Under the pieces are notes generated by a model, which was not told the DNA's origin, searched no databases, and worked only from the letters and a program-made list of their open reading frames with translations. Positions 1-12,369 of a DNA stretch of 64,000 nt are shown one piece after another. Position numbers and translations under genes: made by a program. Each line of letters starts with the position of its first letter. Position 1 is the first letter of the stretch. The DNA is from Mobula hypostoma (lineage: Eukaryota), in contig NC_086108.1 of assembly GCF_963921235.1 (NCBI RefSeq), positions 87,670,001 through 87,734,000 on the forward strand, read 5' to 3'.

Positions 1-834
1 TGGAATGAAGTCAAGTCTCTGGATAGATCTTGACAAGACAGGAATAGCAAGGATTTCTTCCTGCTTACTTCATTGTGATTGTGTAAAAGACTTGTAGTTG
101 ATTTTATTTTAAATGGGGAAGATGAATTTCTGCATAGGAAAATTAAAATAAATGCAGGCAGTGTTTTAGTATGAATTTTGTTTTCATCAAGGAAGACTTC
201 AATTGGAAGGGGTGACACTGTGGGCCAGTTATTGGAGTTAATGCTTCAAACTCCAGATCAGTCTGAACATCTTTTGCTGTCTCTATCACATTCTTACTAT
301 GTCTAGTCTGCTTCCTCCTGGTGTTCCAGTTCACTCAGATATCTCAAAGATGTGCAGAATAGCAAGTAGGTTAACTGGTCACTTCAATGTAGGTTGGTGA
401 TGAAATCTGGAAAGGACTTGATGAGAATGTGAGGAGAACAAAATGGAACTAGTGAAACTTAGTATTTGATGGACAGCATGAGCCTAATGGGTCAAAACAT
501 CCATTTCTGTGCTGTATGACTTAATCACACTGTAACTGCCTGTTTGTTATTAATACAGGAGAATTTTCCTCATGGGCGATTTCAAGAGCTATTCTGAGGA
601 AAAGTGTGCGTATAACAGCTAATTATTAACCAGATTTTTTTTAACTTATGGGTTTTAAAATTTCTGCTAACCCTAAGCTGTCTGAAAATGTGTAAGCCGT
701 GTCTCAGTAACTCAATTTACTCTTTGGCCAGTGTGTATGTAGAACACTGGTCATATTTGAACTAGGTTTCTTTCGGTCAATTGTCTTCAAATTTAACAAA
801 CTACTTGGCATCTTAGCCTAGCAATATTGCACAC

Positions 835-1020
835 CTCTTTGAATTTCTCCAGCGACTGCTCCGGACCAAAAACAAATTGTAAAGGAACAACTTCACTGTG
901 ACATCGTGGCCTGCCCTTTGACCTGGACACATGATCCGACACTTTCTGTAGGATAGCTAAGGTAATGTTTGTTGAATGGCGCAGTGCTGAAACTATTTCA
1001 TCTTCCAGGAGCCAATGAAT
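835..1020 (-). CDS. SZT2: SZT2 exon (last in window): IHWLLEDEIVSALRH...VPLQFVFGPEQSLEKFKE
   Basis: tag|ATT..GAG|gtgtgc; WLLEDE and PL.FVFGPE.SL..FKE motifs; 186 nt, phase 0 to 0. Confidence 0.95.
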
Positions 1021-1506
1021 CTAAAGAAAAGATGGGATTTCAGAATAAGTAAGAAAACAATAAACAAATTTTATGAAATCCATGTACTTTATCTCTCAAG
1101 ACTATATAAATATTAAGCCAGAAAGCAATCTGTCACACTTTAATGAAAAAATGAAGTTGATACGTAACTGAAGTCATAAAATTCACAAATATATACTTCA
1201 AAATAGCTGGCTGGATACAGCAAAACTGATTTCATTTCTTAATAATTATAAAAATAAAACTTTCAGGGTAAACCTGGCTCCCTATGAAAAATTGTATTGG
1301 GAAATATGAAATAGCAGGAATAAACAAACAAATATTTCATTTCCATCTTCACAGCAGAAGAGAAAAAATATGTACTAGAAATTGTGGGGAACCATTAAGA
1401 TCTGTTCTGAGGAAGGCACAACCTACACAAAAAGAATGGGTTGCACCTGATCTTCGGAGTAACCAATATCCCTTCAAGGCACGTTTACTTGAGCTGTTGG
1501 GGAGTG

Positions 1507-2710
1507 TTAAACTAATCTGGCAGGTGGATGGGAACTAGTGAAAAGGCTTAGGATGGGGCAGTTGGTATACAAGTGTGTGTGGTGACACTGTGAGGAAGAA
1601 TAGGCAGATGATAGGGCAAAATTGCAGAAAGTGGGATAAGTGTAACATGGGGACAAATTAAAAAGGGGGAAGAATGTGACACTGAAAGTGTTATATTTGA
1701 ATGCATGTAGTATATGGAATAAGGTAGATGATCTTGTAGCAGAGTTAGAGATTGGCAGATACGACATTGCGGGCATCACTGAGCCATGGCTGGAAGAAGA
1801 TTGTATTTGGGAACTTAACATTAAAAGATATACCTTGTATTGAAAGGATGTAGGTAGGCAGTGGGGGTGGGATGGCTCTGTTGGTAAAAAATGAATCAAA
1901 CCCATAGAAATGAATCAAACCCTTAGAGTATAGGAAGATATAACATCCTTGTTAATAGAGTTAAGTAACTGCACGGTTAAAAAGAGCCTGATGAGAGCTA
2001 TATAAAGGCCTCTGAACAGCAGCCAGGAGGTGGGATAACACATGACAATGGGAGACAGAAAAGGCATGTCAAAAAGGCAAAGTTATGATTGTCATGTGGG
2101 ATTTCAATATGCAGGTAGTTTGGGAAAATAATGTTGGTGCTGGGATCCCAAGAGAGGGAATTTGTAGAATACCTACAAGATGGCTTTTTAGAGCAGCTTG
2201 TGGTTGAACCAGGTAGGGAAAAGGCAATCCTCGATTGGGTGAACCAGATCTGTTTGGGGAGTTTAAAGTAAAGAAATCCCTAGGAGGCAGATTTCAGAAT
2301 ATGCTAGAATTCACCCTGCAGTTTAAAAGGGCAAAGATAAAATCAGATGTATCAGTATTGCAGTGGAACAAAGGGAACTACAGAGACACGAGAGAGGAGC
2401 TCGCCAAAGTTGATTAGAAGGGGACACTAGCAAGGGTGACAAGGAATAGCAATGGCTGGAGTTTCAGGGAGCAATTCAGAAGATGCAGAAAAGACACATC
2501 CCAAAGGTTAAGTAGCATTCTAAAGGGAGGATGAGAAAACCATGGCTGACACAGGAAGTTAAAGACACCAAAAAAGCAAAAGAGAGGGCATAAAATATAG
2601 CAACAATTAGTGGGAGTTTGAGAATTGGGAAGGTTTTAAAAACCAACAGAAGTAAAAAAAAAAAAATGAGATAAAAGATAAAATATGATGGTAAGCTAGC
2701 CAATAATATT
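1507..2710 (+). mobile_element. CR1 LINE fragment (ORF1 end, APE endonuclease and linker), decayed
   Basis: YLNACSI..K..DL, D...ITE.WL and WNKGNY motifs; homologous to 52200-53480. Confidence 0.85.
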
Positions 2711-3165
2711 TTGCCAAAATTTTCTAACTTTTAGTAAAATGAGAATCATGGAACTCTTTTCAAGGCATAGCAAGAAAGCTTGTTGAAAAGCTGTTTTCAC
2801 TAGCCTCAAGATAAAGGTTCAGCCATTTAGGGCTGAGATATTTTCCATCTACAAAGACCATGGGTTCTTATTCAATAACTGTTTTCAAAACACTATTACC
2901 TATGATTATTCAGTAGATTAAATTAACAGATATAGGAAAAAGCGGGAAATGAAGTCAACCTGAAGCTAAGAAATTATTTTGCTTAATGGGCAGACCTGGG
3001 TTGTTCAGTAATGTAACCTTCACCTTAACCATCTGACCTGCTCTAATGTAAATGGTTCTAATGTTAAATTCTTCAGCTAAGCCTTAAGCTACCCCACTTT
3101 GAAGTTCCTTCAGCTCAATGCAATTTACAATTTCGCTTAAGTGAGGTAAGGTGGTTTAGTGAGGT

Positions 3166-3266
3166 CTGTCCTGCAGAAGGGTTTCGGCCGAAAATATCGA
3201 CTGTACTTTTTTTCCCATAGAAGCTACCAGACCTGCTGAGTTCCCTTAGCATTTTGTGTGTGTTGT
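3166..3266 (+). mobile_element. Penelope-like terminal repeat fragment with degenerate hammerhead motif
   Basis: gtc-CTGCAGA-agggtttcggcc-gaaaatatc-gactgt...cctgctgagttcc..agcattttgtgtgtgttg, homologous to 30021-30117. Confidence 0.7.
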
Positions 3267-3409
3267 AAGCGAGGTTAGGGAATTTCCCCCCTATTGAAAG
3301 TATTAATCATTACAAATGCATAATGGCAGGATTAATAAGCGAAGATATTATTTTAAAGCATAAACAGAGGTTATGACTCAGTGGGACAAACTGTCTCTTT
3401 CACATTCAC

Positions 3410-3680
3410 GAGCCCCATACAGAATGCTGAAGGAACTCAGCAGATTGGGCAGCATCTAGGGAAGGTTATGAATGCTTTGGGCTGCGACCCTTCATCAGGG
3501 TTGGAAAGGACAGGGGGCAGAATTGGCCTCTTCCTTTCCAGTCCTGTTGAAGGGTCTCAGCCCAAAACATTGGTTGTTCATTTCCCTCAATAGATGCTGC
3601 CTGACCCACTAAGTTCCTCCAGTATCTTGTGAGTATTGCTCAAGATTTCCAGCAACTGCATAATCTGTGTCTCCTTTACA
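3410..3680. mobile_element. Inverted pair of Penelope-like terminal repeats (fold-back element)
   Basis: Left arm about 3410-3510 (minus) and right arm 3533-3680 (plus) are reverse complements; each has CTG(A/T)TGA-agggtc..gccc. Confidence 0.72.
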
Positions 3681-3967
3681 TCCTTGTTGTTCTTTAGTTC
3701 ATCTGTATTTTTTTCTTTTTATATTGGTTTGCGTAGACAAGATGAAAAACACTAAAACTCCTTCAATCAATACCATACAGTTAAAGCAATTGGATGGAGA
3801 ATGTTTCATGCAAGTTTTGCTACCTTATTTGAAAATCATTGCTTTGAAATCAAACAGTGAGTGTCTATGCAGTGGCAGTAGAAGAAATTAAAGTAGCCAT
3901 TCTATCTTCTAAAAAATGCTAAAAAAATGTTGTTTCCAATTCATTGATCTCTATTCTTTGACATTAC

Positions 3968-4046
3968 CTCATCCATTGTAGCAAGGACAGCTTGTTTGTG
4001 CAATGGTGGCAGCTTGGAAAGTGGATCACATAAAGCCTCTGAAATC
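3968..4046 (-). CDS. SZT2: SZT2 exon: (R)ISEALCDPLSKLPPLHKQAVLATMDE
   Basis: cag|G..GAG|gtaatg; 79 nt, phase 2 to 0; LS.L...H..A...TM.E pattern. Confidence 0.88.
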
Positions 4047-4369
4047 CTGAAATATAGCAACATACAGCACAAAGAGACAGAGACAATTCTCCTAAGCTCA
4101 GAAATAAGATAAATATAAAGTAGTGTCTATTCTCTGTGGGCAGAAATCATTTAAAATAAATCCTTTAAATGCAGGTGAAGATCCCTTGTTCAAGCACTCA
4201 AAAGTCCATAGTCTCAAAAAGCAAAAACTGCAGATGATGAAAATTTGAAATAAAAAACAAAGGTTGGGAATCCAACAAGTTAAGTTTAAAGCTTCATAGT
4301 TTTGGTTTAGAGGCAATGAAGGCTGAATAAATGGTTTTATGAAATAAGGTGGCAATTTCCCTGCAAATA

Positions 4370-4601
4370 TGATGAACCAAATACTGAGGCTTTGGGGCCT
4401 ACTCTGGGCTGCTCCAACGACTTGGATCTATGGACTCTGTTTGGTTCAGAATGCTGTTGTTGCTCGCTTCTATTGCTTGCATGATTCGTTTTGATTTTTT
4501 TTCCCTCTGTCTCTGTGGGCACTTCGGTTGGTCTTATTTTTTTTTAATTGGGTTCTTTCAGATTCCTTGCTTTGATAATAAATGCACTTTGAATCTTTGA
4601 A
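4370..4601 (+). mobile_element. Non-coding retroposon fragment with Rex-Babar-like 3' tail
   Basis: Ends tttgataataaatgcactttgaatctttga, like 36580, 44643 and the Rex tails at 12362 and 34659. Confidence 0.5.
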
Positions 4602-5122
4602 ATATTGGAGATTCTAACGACATTCTAGTACTAAATGTCAAGATTGGCTGCTGAAAGAACTGATAATTTTAGAATGTGTATTTATATGAAGCTTCTTATT
4701 GACCTGGAAGCACAAACCAAAAACAGAAATGGCTGAAAATACTCAATTGGTCAGGCACCATCTATGGGGGAAGGAAAAAGAGTTAATGTTTCAGGTCCTT
4801 TCATCATTTCCTCCGCAACTGCCACCTGACCTGTTAAGTATTTATAGTACTTCATATTTTTATTTCAGACTTTCTGCATTTGCAGTAATTTGAATTGAAA
4901 TTCTTTCAGCCTGATCAGGATACAACACAAGCAAAGGATTTTCATAAATAAGTTTCATATTGCAGTTTAGTTTAGTTTCTGAGTACACTGATTTAAGACA
5001 TATAATTATTTTTGAAATTGTTTTTGATCATTCAAAATTAAAATAAATGTAAACTCTGATTATTTAATAGCAGCAAATACATTAGATTAACTTATTTTAA
5101 TTAATTTCTCAGAAGATTGCAC

Positions 5123-5239
5123 CTCTCATCTGTGGTAGAGGCAAGTCGATCTATGTTTTGCATTAACTCTTCATCAGATCGATAAGATGATGGTTGTCCT
5201 GGAGATCGGTTCATGGAACTGCTGCTTTCCGATGTGTAC
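5123..5239 (-). CDS. SZT2: SZT2 exon: (R)YTSESSSSMNRSPGQPSSYRSDEELMQNIDRLASTTDE
   Basis: tag|G..GAG AG|gtgcaa; TSESS and RSPGQPSS.RSD motifs; 117 nt, phase 2 to 2. Confidence 0.92.
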
Positions 5240-5749
5240 CTAGGGAAAGTGAATATATTTACTAAGAATTACATACACAAATTAATCTGCAACAGCACAG
5301 CTGTCCTTGGGAAAGTACAAGGAAGTCAATGTAGCCTGAAATTGAACATCGCAGACAGACATCTGTTCATGTCTCAAATAACTCGATATTCAACCACGTC
5401 TTGTTTGGCTAAAAAATGGATTTCCACTTATTTCAACACACCCAAGAACACAATCTGCACAGACGGCACATTTGTTGTGTTAGCTTCTGGTTAGAGTGGC
5501 CTTGAAATAGATATAACTTATGAAATTCGGTTTTTTTTCCTGCTTAGACAGATATTAGCTAAAATATACAAATTAAAGGTAATAGCAAATTTGAAAAAAT
5601 AAATGTTACACAGAAGTACTTTTTAAAATGATAAGTTAGACAGTAAAAGTCTTTTTCAGAAATTTACTGAACCTTATCTATGAATTCCTATCTGAAGAAA
5701 TCTTGAACAAGATACACATTATAAAGGGACCAGCAACAGACTAGAAGTA

Positions 5750-7354
5750 CAAACCCCATTTCCAGAAAAGTTGGGATATTTTCCAAAATGCAATAAAAAC
5801 AAAAATCTGTGATAAGTTAATTCACGTGAACTTTTAGTTAACTGACAAAAGTACAAAGAAAAGATTTTTCAATAGTTTTACTGACCAACTTAACTGTATT
5901 ATGTAAATATACACAAATTTAGAATTTGATGGCTGCAACACACTCAACAAAAGTTGGGACAGAGTTAAAATAAGATTGAAAAGTGCACAGAATATTCAAG
6001 TAACACCGGTTTTGAAGACTCCACATTAAGCAGGCTAATTGGTAGCAGGTGAGGTATCATGACTGGGTATAAAAGTAGCGTCCATCAAAGGCTCAGTCTT
6101 TGCAAGCAAGGATGGGTCGTGGCTCACCCCTTTGTGCCAGAATTCGTGAGAGAATTGTTAGTCAGTTCAGAAGGTACGTTTCTCAATGCAAGATTGCAGA
6201 GAATTTAGGTCTTTCAATATCTACAGTACATAATATTGTGAAAAGATTCAGAGAATTCAGAGACATCTCAGTGCGTAAAGGGCAAGGTCGGAAACCACTG
6301 TTGAATGCCCGTAATCTTCGAGCCCCCAGGCGGCACTGCCTAAGAAACCGTCATGCTACTGTGACAATTATAGCCACTTAGGTTCGGGAGTACTTCGGAA
6401 AACCACTGTCACTCAACACAGTCCGTCGCTGCATCCAGAAATGCAACTTGAAACTGTACTACGCAAGGAGAAAGCCATACATCAACTCTATGCAGAAACG
6501 CCGGCGAGTTCTCTGGGCCCGAGCTCATCTCAGATGGACCGAAAGACTGTGGAACCATGTACTGTGGTCAGATGAGTCCATATTTCAACTAGTTTTCAGA
6601 AAAAACGGGCGTCGAGTTCTCCGTGCCAAAGATGAAAACGACCATCCAGATTGTTATCAGCAAAAGGTGCAAAAGCCAGCATCTGTGATGGTATGGGGGT
6701 GCATCAGTGCCCACGGCATGGGTGAGTTGCATGTATGTGAAGGTACCATTGACTCTGAGGCGTATATTAGGATTTGAGAGAGACATATGTTGCCATCAAG
6801 GCAACGTCTCTTCCCGGGACGTCCATGCTTATTTCAGCAGGACAATGCCAGACTACATTCTGCACGGGCTACAACAGCATGGCTTTGTAGACACAAAGTG
6901 CGTGTGCTTGACCGGCCTGCTGCCAGTCCAGATCTATCTCCTATTGAAAATGTATGGCGCATCATGAAGAGGAGAATCAGGCAACGGAGACCACGGACTG
7001 TTGAGCAGCTGAAGTCTTATATCAAGTAAGAATGGACAAAATTTCCAATTGCAAATCTACTACAATTAGTATCCTCAGTTCCAAAACGATTAAAAAGTGT
7101 TATTAAAAGGAAAGGTGATGTAACACAATGGTAAACATGCCTCTGTCCTAACTTTCGTTGAGTGTGTTGCAGCCATCAAATTCTAAATTTGTGTATGTTT
7201 ACAAAATACAATTAAGTTGGTCAGTAAAACTATTGAAAATCTTTTCTTTCTACTTTCGTCAGTTAAATAAAGGTTCACGTGAATTAACATATCACAGATT
7301 TTTGTTTTTATTGCATTTTGGAAAATATCCCAACCTTTCTGGAAATGGGGTTTG
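5750..7354 (+). mobile_element. Full-length Tc1-like DNA transposon (IR/DR type, 1605 bp)
   Basis: TA TSD at 5748-49 and 7355-56; about 214-bp TIRs (5750-5964, 7141-7354) starting CAAACCCCATTTCCAGAAA, each with repeated aaagttggga. Confidence 0.96.
6112..7134 (+). pseudogene. Tc1 transposase (340 codons, DD34E) with three in-frame stops
   Basis: ORFs 6100, 6448 and 6787 share one frame; WSDES, VMVWGC, FQQDNA, SPDLSPIEN; 34 residues between second D and E; stops at 6379, 6775, 7027. Confidence 0.95.
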
Positions 7355-7579
7355 TAGATCGGTTGGCTCTTCAGGGAGGCCAGAAGTCTTTGACCAAGTG
7401 CTGCAAACTGGTAAGTTCAAAGGCACAATGTGCTGAGGAGCATTAAAGTTGGGTATAGTCACCGTAAAGACCTTCTGGGGAATATTCACTGTTTAGGGCA
7501 CTCTTGCCATTGCATACTAATTTGTTGAAATCTGTGCTAAAACACCCTGAATATTTGCTCAGGGCTTTTTTTTTTAAAT

Positions 7580-7817
7580 TACTTATCTAGAGATACAGTA
7601 CAGCAACGGGCCCTTCCAGCCCAATGAGCCTGCACTGCCCAAACACAGTCATGAGACCAAGTCATCTACTGGCCCGCCATGTCTTTGGAACATGGGACAA
7701 AAGTGGGGCGCCCGGAGGACTCTTGTGGAGAACATATAAACTCCTGGCAGCAGCTGGAATTGAACCCAGGTTGCTGGTACTGTAAGAGCGTTACACTAAC
7801 CGCTACCATGCCACCCC
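7580..7817 (-). mobile_element. tRNA-derived V-SINE-like element
   Basis: Minus strand has B-box-like gggttcaattcc, V-domain-like ggagtttatatgttctcc and a CR1-like tail. Confidence 0.65.
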
Positions 7818-8011
7818 ACAAACGATAGTTGGTAACATATTAGTGCTAAGTAAACATTTCATGTTAAAGACCCTTCATCAGAGCATTCTCCAACCTGAAA
7901 TGTCACCTCTGTTTCTTTTGCCACAGATGCAACCTAACCTGCTGAGTATTTGGTTTTCCCACATTTTCTGTTTTTGTTTCTGGCAACTGCATTTTTAAAT
8001 TTTCATTCAAT

Positions 8012-8335
8012 TGTTCAAGTTTGGCCTCATTCAACCACGCACATATATATTGCTAAACAAGACCAAGGTGCACAACACTTACACACATAACACAAAGTAA
8101 TATCGCCACAAGTAACATATAATAAGGTGCATATACGATACAAGTTAAAAAGTAAACAGCATAACGCTACTGGTGCTTCAGACATGCTGAGACCTGGGTT
8201 CAGACAGGGAGTTCAGTAGTCTTATGGTTGGCGGGGGGGGAGAGAGAGAAGAGCAAAATAGCTGTTTCCCACCTTTACAGTGTTTGTCCTAATGCTACGG
8301 TACCTGCCTGATGATAGGGGGCAAAGAGATTGTTG
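8012..8335 (-). mobile_element. Rex-Babar LINE 3' fragment
   Basis: Reverse of ORF end (ctatcatcaggcaggtaccgtagcattaggac) and 3' UTR ending in gaa repeats. Confidence 0.55.
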
Positions 8336-8533
8336 TTTGTTTAGTGATAGCCAAATCCATGGAGATGGAAGATCTCTAGAAACCATTGTTTACAATTACA
8401 AACAAACACTTTAATTGGAATATTAAGCAGGTATTACAACTGCCCTCACAAATACTCAGAGAACTCACCAACTCGTTTCACTGTGCACTCTTCAATTAAA
8501 CGTCGTAAAAATGCTACTTGCCTCTCAACTTAC

Positions 8534-8669
8534 CTGTGGTGGTTCATGTCAACGGGCATAATTTCAATCTCTAAAGGAAGAGTCAAGACAAAAATATCCA
8601 GGGTGACGACAAGATCATCTAGATCAATCGATTTGACTGGAAAGTTCTCCAGGCAGCTGATAATTTCAC
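8534..8669 (-). CDS. SZT2: SZT2 exon: (G)EIISCLENFPVKSIDLDDLVVTLDIFVLTLPLEIEIMPVDMNHH
   Basis: tag|GT..CAC AG|gtaagt; VTLD.F.LTLPLE.E motif; 136 nt, phase 1 to 2. Confidence 0.94.
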
Positions 8670-8847
8670 CTAAATGAAGAAAATTAAACAAGTGAAAATA
8701 TTTCCTGTTCAATGTAAACCAAAAAGGGACTGTGAGGAAATAAAGGAATTGCATGAACTGTTCTTTCAGGTTAAACAGGAGTTGAACATTATCAGCAGAA
8801 TAAAGCAGCCAATTCCCTCACAGAGAATAGCTTTTTTTAAAAAAAAG

Positions 8848-9165
8848 ATTCATAGGACAATGCAGCACTGATGGATGTTCTTCGGCCCAATGGGTCCATG
8901 CCAAACATGGTGCCCATACAGCTAGTCTGAATTTCCTGCACTTGGCCCATAGCTCTGTAAACCTGCCCTCCATGTGCCTCTGAAATTATATTGTTGCATC
9001 AGCCTCAACCACTTCCTTTGGTAGCTCGTCCCATTAACTCACCAACTTCTGCATGAAAAAGTTGACCCTTAGGTCCTCTAAATCTTTTCCTTCTCACTGT
9101 AAATCTAGTTTTGGACTCTTCTCCCAATCCCCCAACCCCTGCAGAACTGATTTTTACCATCCACT
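8848..9165 (-). mobile_element. CR1 3' fragment
   Basis: CR1 3' end features (cataggac..gcagcac..ttcggccca; tcaaccacttcctttggtagctc). Confidence 0.6.
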
Positions 9166-9569
9166 TTATTTACCAAGATAACAGTAATGAGATCCATCTG
9201 TCATCAACCAGCTTCCATCAGATCCTTAAGTTGCAAGATGGGGCAAAAGAAGAAACCTTGCGTTAAACCAAATGGATAATAGTTATACCAGCTGTTCATA
9301 TGACACTGAAGCAATCAATGATGTGAATTGAGGGCCAGTCATCAACCAAGATAGCCTGATTGTACAGCACATGAAGCCACAATTACTATGCCACAGAATC
9401 TCGACTTCCAGTCAGAGCTTTGATCATTGGCATCAGGTTATCCTGAAGAAATGCCAGATAGGGAGAAAAGTGGAAGGATGAAATAAAGAGAAAGGCGACT
9501 AGAATACTGGTAACATAGAATACCTTGACTGAAGGCTGTCAGGAAATGGAATGCTTGGTGTTCTAAAAC

Positions 9570-10470
9570 TGAAGCACAAATTTAAAAATAAACAAGTCAT
9601 ACAGGGAGGGAGATGATGATATTCTAGAGCATATTATGATTAAAGAGGAGATATTAAATGTCTTAGCCATAAAGATGGATAAGCACAAGAGATTCTGCAG
9701 AAGCTGGAAATCAAGAGGAACACACAAAATGCTGGAGGAACTCAGCAGGTCAGGCAGCATTTATGAAGGGGAATAAACAGTCGACATATCAGGGCAAGAC
9801 CCTGACTGGAAGGGAAGGGAATGAAGCCAGAATATGTAGGAAGGGAGGAGGGGAAGGAGTACAAGTCGGCAGGTGATAGGTGCAGCCTATCACCTGCTGC
9901 TTAGATAGGTGAGGCAGAAGGTGGAGTTCCATTGTGCATAAAAATGGATAAATCTCCTTGGTTTGAAGAGATGTATCCCACGCTACTACAGGAGGAGATA
10001 GCTGGGACGCTGACAGACTTTTAAATCATCATTGGCACAGGTACCAATGACTGGAGGACAGCAAATATAGTTTCTTTAGTCAAGAAGAACAGCATTGATA
10101 AGCCAGGTAGTTACAAGGCAGTGAATCTTACATTACTGGTAAAGAAGCAAGTTCTGAAGGTTTTGAGGGACATGATCAGAGTCACATCATCAGTGTGGCT
10201 TTGTTGTGACGTCCTATCTGACTACTCAAAATTTTTCAAAGGTGCTACTATATAGATGAAAGCAATGTGATTGATGGAATTTAGCTTGGTATTTGATGAG
10301 GTCCTGCATGCAAGTCTAGAACCACTGAGATCAAAAGCAAATTAGATTCCAAACTGGTTTAGTAGTAGCAGACACAGTGACAGTAGAGGGTTACTTTTGT
10401 GATTGGAAACCTGTGATCAATGGCATATCACAGGGATCAGTACTGGTATATTTAAGGTTTGTAGCATACA
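9570..10470 (+). mobile_element. Old CR1 RT fragment interrupted by a Penelope-like repeat (9683-9925, minus)
   Basis: GISQGSVL RT motif; tggataa duplicated around the insert. Confidence 0.65.
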
Positions 10471-10479
10471 TTAAGAACT

Positions 10480-12362
10480 TTTCAATTATGAAGAAAGCAG
10501 GGCAGTTCCTATACTTTTTTAGGAGTTTGAGGAGATTCACCATGACATCTAAAACTTTGACAAACTTCTATTGATGTGTAGTGGAGAGTATATTGACTGG
10601 CTACATCACAGCCTGGTAAGGCAACACCAATGACCCTGAACTGAAAATCCTACTAAATATAGTGCATATGGCCCAGTCTATCACATAGAAACACAGAAAC
10701 ACTACAGCACAATACAGGCCCTCCGGCCCTGCCGGCAGCCCATTCCACGCACTCACCACTCTCGGAGTAAAAAACTTAACCCTGACATCTCCTCTGTACC
10801 TACTCCCCAGCACCTTAAACCTGTGTCTTCTTGTGGCAACCATTTCAGCCCTGGGAAAAAGTCTCTGACTATCCACACGATCAATGCCTCTCATCATCTT
10901 ACACACCTCTATCAAGTCACCTCTCATCCTCCGTCGCTCCAAGGAGAAAAGGCCGAGTTCACTTAACCTGTCTTCATAAGGCATGCTCCCCAATCCTGGC
11001 AACATCCTTGTAAATCTCCCCTGCAGCCTTTCAATGGCTTCCACATCCTTCCTGTAGTGGGGTGACCAGAACTGAGCACAGTATTCCCAAGTGTGGTCTG
11101 ACCAGGGTCCTATATAGCTGCAACATTACCTCTTGGCTCCTAAATTCAATTCCATGATTAATGAAGGCTAATACACTGTATGCCTTCTTAACCACAGAGT
11201 CAACCTGTGCAGCTGCTTTGAGCGTCCTGTGGACTCGGACCCCAAGATCCCTCTGATCCTCCACACTGCCAAGAGTCTTACCATTAATACTGCCATCACA
11301 TCACATCTGCCATCACATTTGACATACTAAAATAAACCACTTCACACTTATCTGGGTTGAACTCCATCTGCCACTTCTCAGCCCAGTTTTGCATCCTATT
11401 GATGTCCCACTGCAACCTCTGACAACCCTCCACACTATCCACAACACCTCCAACCTTTGTGTCATCAGCAAACTTACTAACCCATCCCTCCACTTCCTCA
11501 TCCAGGTCGTTTATAAAAATCATGAAGAGTAAGGATCCCAGAACAGATCCCTGAGGCTCACCACTGGTCACCGACCTCCATGCAGAATATGACCTGTCTA
11601 CAACCACTCTTTGCCTTCTGTGGGCAAGCCAGTTCTTGATTCACAAAGCAATGTGCCCTTGGATCCCATGCCTCCTTACTTTCTCAATAAGCCTTGCATG
11701 GGGTACCTTATCAAATACCTTGCTGAAATCCATATACACTACATCTACTGCTCTTCCTTCATCAATGTGTTTAGTCACATCCTCAAAAAATTCAATCAGG
11801 CTTGTAAGGCACAACCTGCCCTTGACAAAGCTATGCTACATGTAAATCACGCGTAAATCCCTCCCCACCATTGAGCACATCTACATGAAACGCTGTTGCA
11901 GGAAAGCAGCATTCATCGTCAGGGCGCCCCATCACCCAGGACAAGGTCTCTTCTCACTGTTGTCATCAGGAAGTTTGTACAGGAGCTTCAGAACTCAAAC
12001 CACCAGGATCAGGAACAGTTATTACCCTCAAATATCAGGGTCTTGAAACAAAGTGGAAAACTTAACTCAACTTCACGCCCCAACATTGAAGTGTTCCTAC
12101 AACCCATGGGCTCACTTTCAAGGACTCTTCATCTCATGTTCTCAATATTTATTGTTTATTTATTTATTATTTCTTTTTATAGTTGAACAGTTTGTTGTCT
12201 TTTGCGCACTGGCCAAACCCCCCAGATGGTGCGGCCTTCCATTGATTCTGTTATCGCTATTGTTCTATAGATATATGGAGTATTTCCGCAACAAAATAAA
12301 CTGATGGGTTGTATATCGTGATGTATATGTACTTCGATAATAAATTTACTTTGAACTTTGAA
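10480..12362 (+). mobile_element. Rex-Babar LINE 3' part, split by a CR1 insertion
   Basis: KKA.Q.LYF.RSLRRF.M..KTLTNFY motif; tail gtacttcgataataaatttactttgaactttga; resumes at about 11845. Confidence 0.82.
10686..11840 (-). mobile_element. CR1 LINE 3' part (RT) nested in Rex-Babar, with an internal 3' deletion
   Basis: PQGSVLG, KFADDTK and ERRRMRGDLIEV motifs in ORFs 11296, 11031, 10601. Confidence 0.92.
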
Positions 12363-12369
12363 TGCAGGA

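Noticed and set aside
143..334. ORF as the next SZT2 exon
   Set aside because: No SZT2-like peptide or convincing splice sites; the next exon is probably outside the window
1889..1926. 19-bp tandem duplication aaatgaatcaaaccc.tag (similar 15-bp case near 60526-60555)
   Set aside because: Ordinary slippage within decayed CR1 copies
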